Of a stretch of DNA of 64,000 nucleotides, positions 62,471 through 64,000 are shown in pieces. Each line of letters begins with the position of its first letter. Position 1 is the first letter of the stretch. The notes under the pieces are model-generated. The model had not been told where the DNA came from and did no database searches. It saw only the letters and a program-made list of their open reading frames with translations. The stretch lies in NCBI GenBank assembly GCA_043228905.1, contig JBHGNT010000001.1, positions 62,001-126,000 on the forward strand, written 5' to 3'. This stretch comes from Azolla caroliniana (lineage: Eukaryota > Plantae > Polypodiophyta). A program made the position numbers and the translations under genes.

Positions 62471-62766
62471 CTAGGGACAAGGTGAACCATTGTATTTATA
62501 CATGTTTGTGGGCTCTAAATGTAGTTCCATGCAGAGACTCCTTTTCATGCACAACCTTCTGGAATGTTCCAGCTCTGGAGCTTCTAGAAGCTTCTAAAAT
62601 CTCCTACATGTAGAATACATAATCTATGGTAATCCATTAATATAATATGAGCATGTATTGGATGTGTTGGTTAAGACATATGATTTGTTCACATACAATA
62701 GGTCAAGAGTTCGAGTCATGACATGATTGTTGTCATGTCTTGTGACATTGAGTTTGATTCTCAACA
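62471..62766 (-). repeat. Copia-type LTR fragment containing a weak tRNA-like module
   Basis: Ends TTGATTCTCAACA like the neighbouring copia LTRs. Contains TGGATGTGTTGGTTAAG...AGTTCGAGTC. Confidence 0.55.
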
Positions 62767-63423
62767 ATTTTAATAGGTACTTTTATGATACCACAAAAAG
62801 TGGGGAATGATAGTGTGTGATGGCAAAACATCGGGAGGGAATCTCTAATAGGAGCAGTTGTAATAACAACATGATGTAACGTCGACCCTCTGGCCCCTTT
62901 GAGCTATAAAAGGGAGGGAAAAAGTCTGTTGTGGGAATTGGTCATTTTGGGAGGGGAAGGTGTTGTCGGATTGTGATCTTGAGCACTTCAGGGTTTATGT
63001 TTTTCTTGTTCAGGTCGGTGGTGTGAGGCTTCTACTCGCGTAGGAAGCCTATGTGCTCCCGACCACAAGCTCACATTTGTATGTGCATTTGCTAAGCCCG
63101 AAGTTCAACTAGCTGGCCTAAGGCCATCTTTTGTATTCTTCTTTGTTTCTAATAGATTATTTGGTATTGTTGTATCCAAGTGTCTCTCTGTGTTGCATCA
63201 AATTTGTATCTTGTCTGTGGTGTCCGGGGAGGTATCGTCCTTCCTTCTCCGTTTTGTGCTTTTCCAAGTTGGTCTTGCGAGCCCGTATGCTCAACTTCCA
63301 GAATCTGGTAACCAGACCGGATTGACTACGGCTAACCGCAACCGTTGTTCATTCTTAATCTTCTTGGTCAAAGACCCCCGTGGTCCTGCCCAAGCCTACA
63401 CGCACATGTGGATTTCCGCGACA
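62767..63423 (+). mobile_element. 5'-truncated LTR of the Trp-PBS group, followed by ACGC
   Basis: CTATAAAAGGGAG and the end AGACCCCCGTGGTCCTG...CTACACGCAC...CGCGACA match the reverse complement of 54435-54490. Confidence 0.75.
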
Positions 63424-63713
63424 ACGCAAACTCTGCAAAGTGCAAAAGGCTTGTATAATTCTTATCCTAAATGCTTGAATAAAGTTCCTCACTAACCTCC
63501 TTTACCAGAACCATCAAAGATTCGCCCCATTTCTTCTACCTTCTACACCTTATATAAGGATGAGAAGATGATAGGATGCCTTCAACATGGGCAATTGTTT
63601 AACCACCCGACTACAAGATAAACACCTCATATGTAGAGGGCCTTCCCAACATATGGAGCATGCATGCGATTGGGCCCATATATAGGAACCCCTCTAGCTA
63701 GAGAATTATGAAT

Positions 63714-64000
63714 TGTTAATAATTAGGTAATTAACTAAGGGTTAATTAGTATCTAATTACGTGAATAGTTAATCACGTATATGATTAAGTTGCGGAAGAT
63801 TATGTGATATGTGTGTGTGTGTGTGAGAGAGAGAGAGAGGAAGTTACACTTATGAACAATAAATGGGGGATGATTAATAAGTGTAGCTCAAGGAACTCTT
63901 ACTAATATTAAAGAGACATCAAAAAATAAAAATACCCACAATGAGGTATATATACATCTCATGTGCAAAGGTGCACATGTGTGAGGAGAATATAGGTACA
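63714..64000 (-). repeat. Copia LTR (same family as 48793-49226), runs off window
   Basis: TGTTAATAATTAGGTAATTAACT...GTGCACATGTGTGAGGAGAATATAGGTACA. Confidence 0.85.

Overview
A eukaryotic, land-plant window. A non-seed plant such as a fern is likely, inferred from the TE families and the (GA)n-rich spacers. The window is mostly nested retrotransposons around one host gene. The gene (minus strand, 44066-41877, 3 exons, 630 aa) is a cytochrome b561/DOMON protein with two tandem DOMON domains joined by an AGP-like linker. The TEs are: a degenerate Ty3/gypsy element with an extra 3' ORF; a second Ty3/gypsy group; a Tcn1-like chromovirus fragment; several Ty1/copia elements, one with an intact 1338-aa ORF; an L1-type LINE; and an RTE-like LINE fragment. 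Three signals stand out. (1) All six insertions of the second Ty3/gypsy group sit at CG-centred 4-bp sites (four with both TSD copies, two with one flank). (2) That group primes on tRNA-Trp and encodes Gag-protease in one frame, joined to RT-RH-IN by an apparent -1 frameshift at GGATTTT. (3) LTRs from different lineages carry a tRNA-like A-box/B-box module in U3, antisense to the LTR promoter, with identical 43-nt spacing in three cases. All comparisons were made by eye and no database search was possible.
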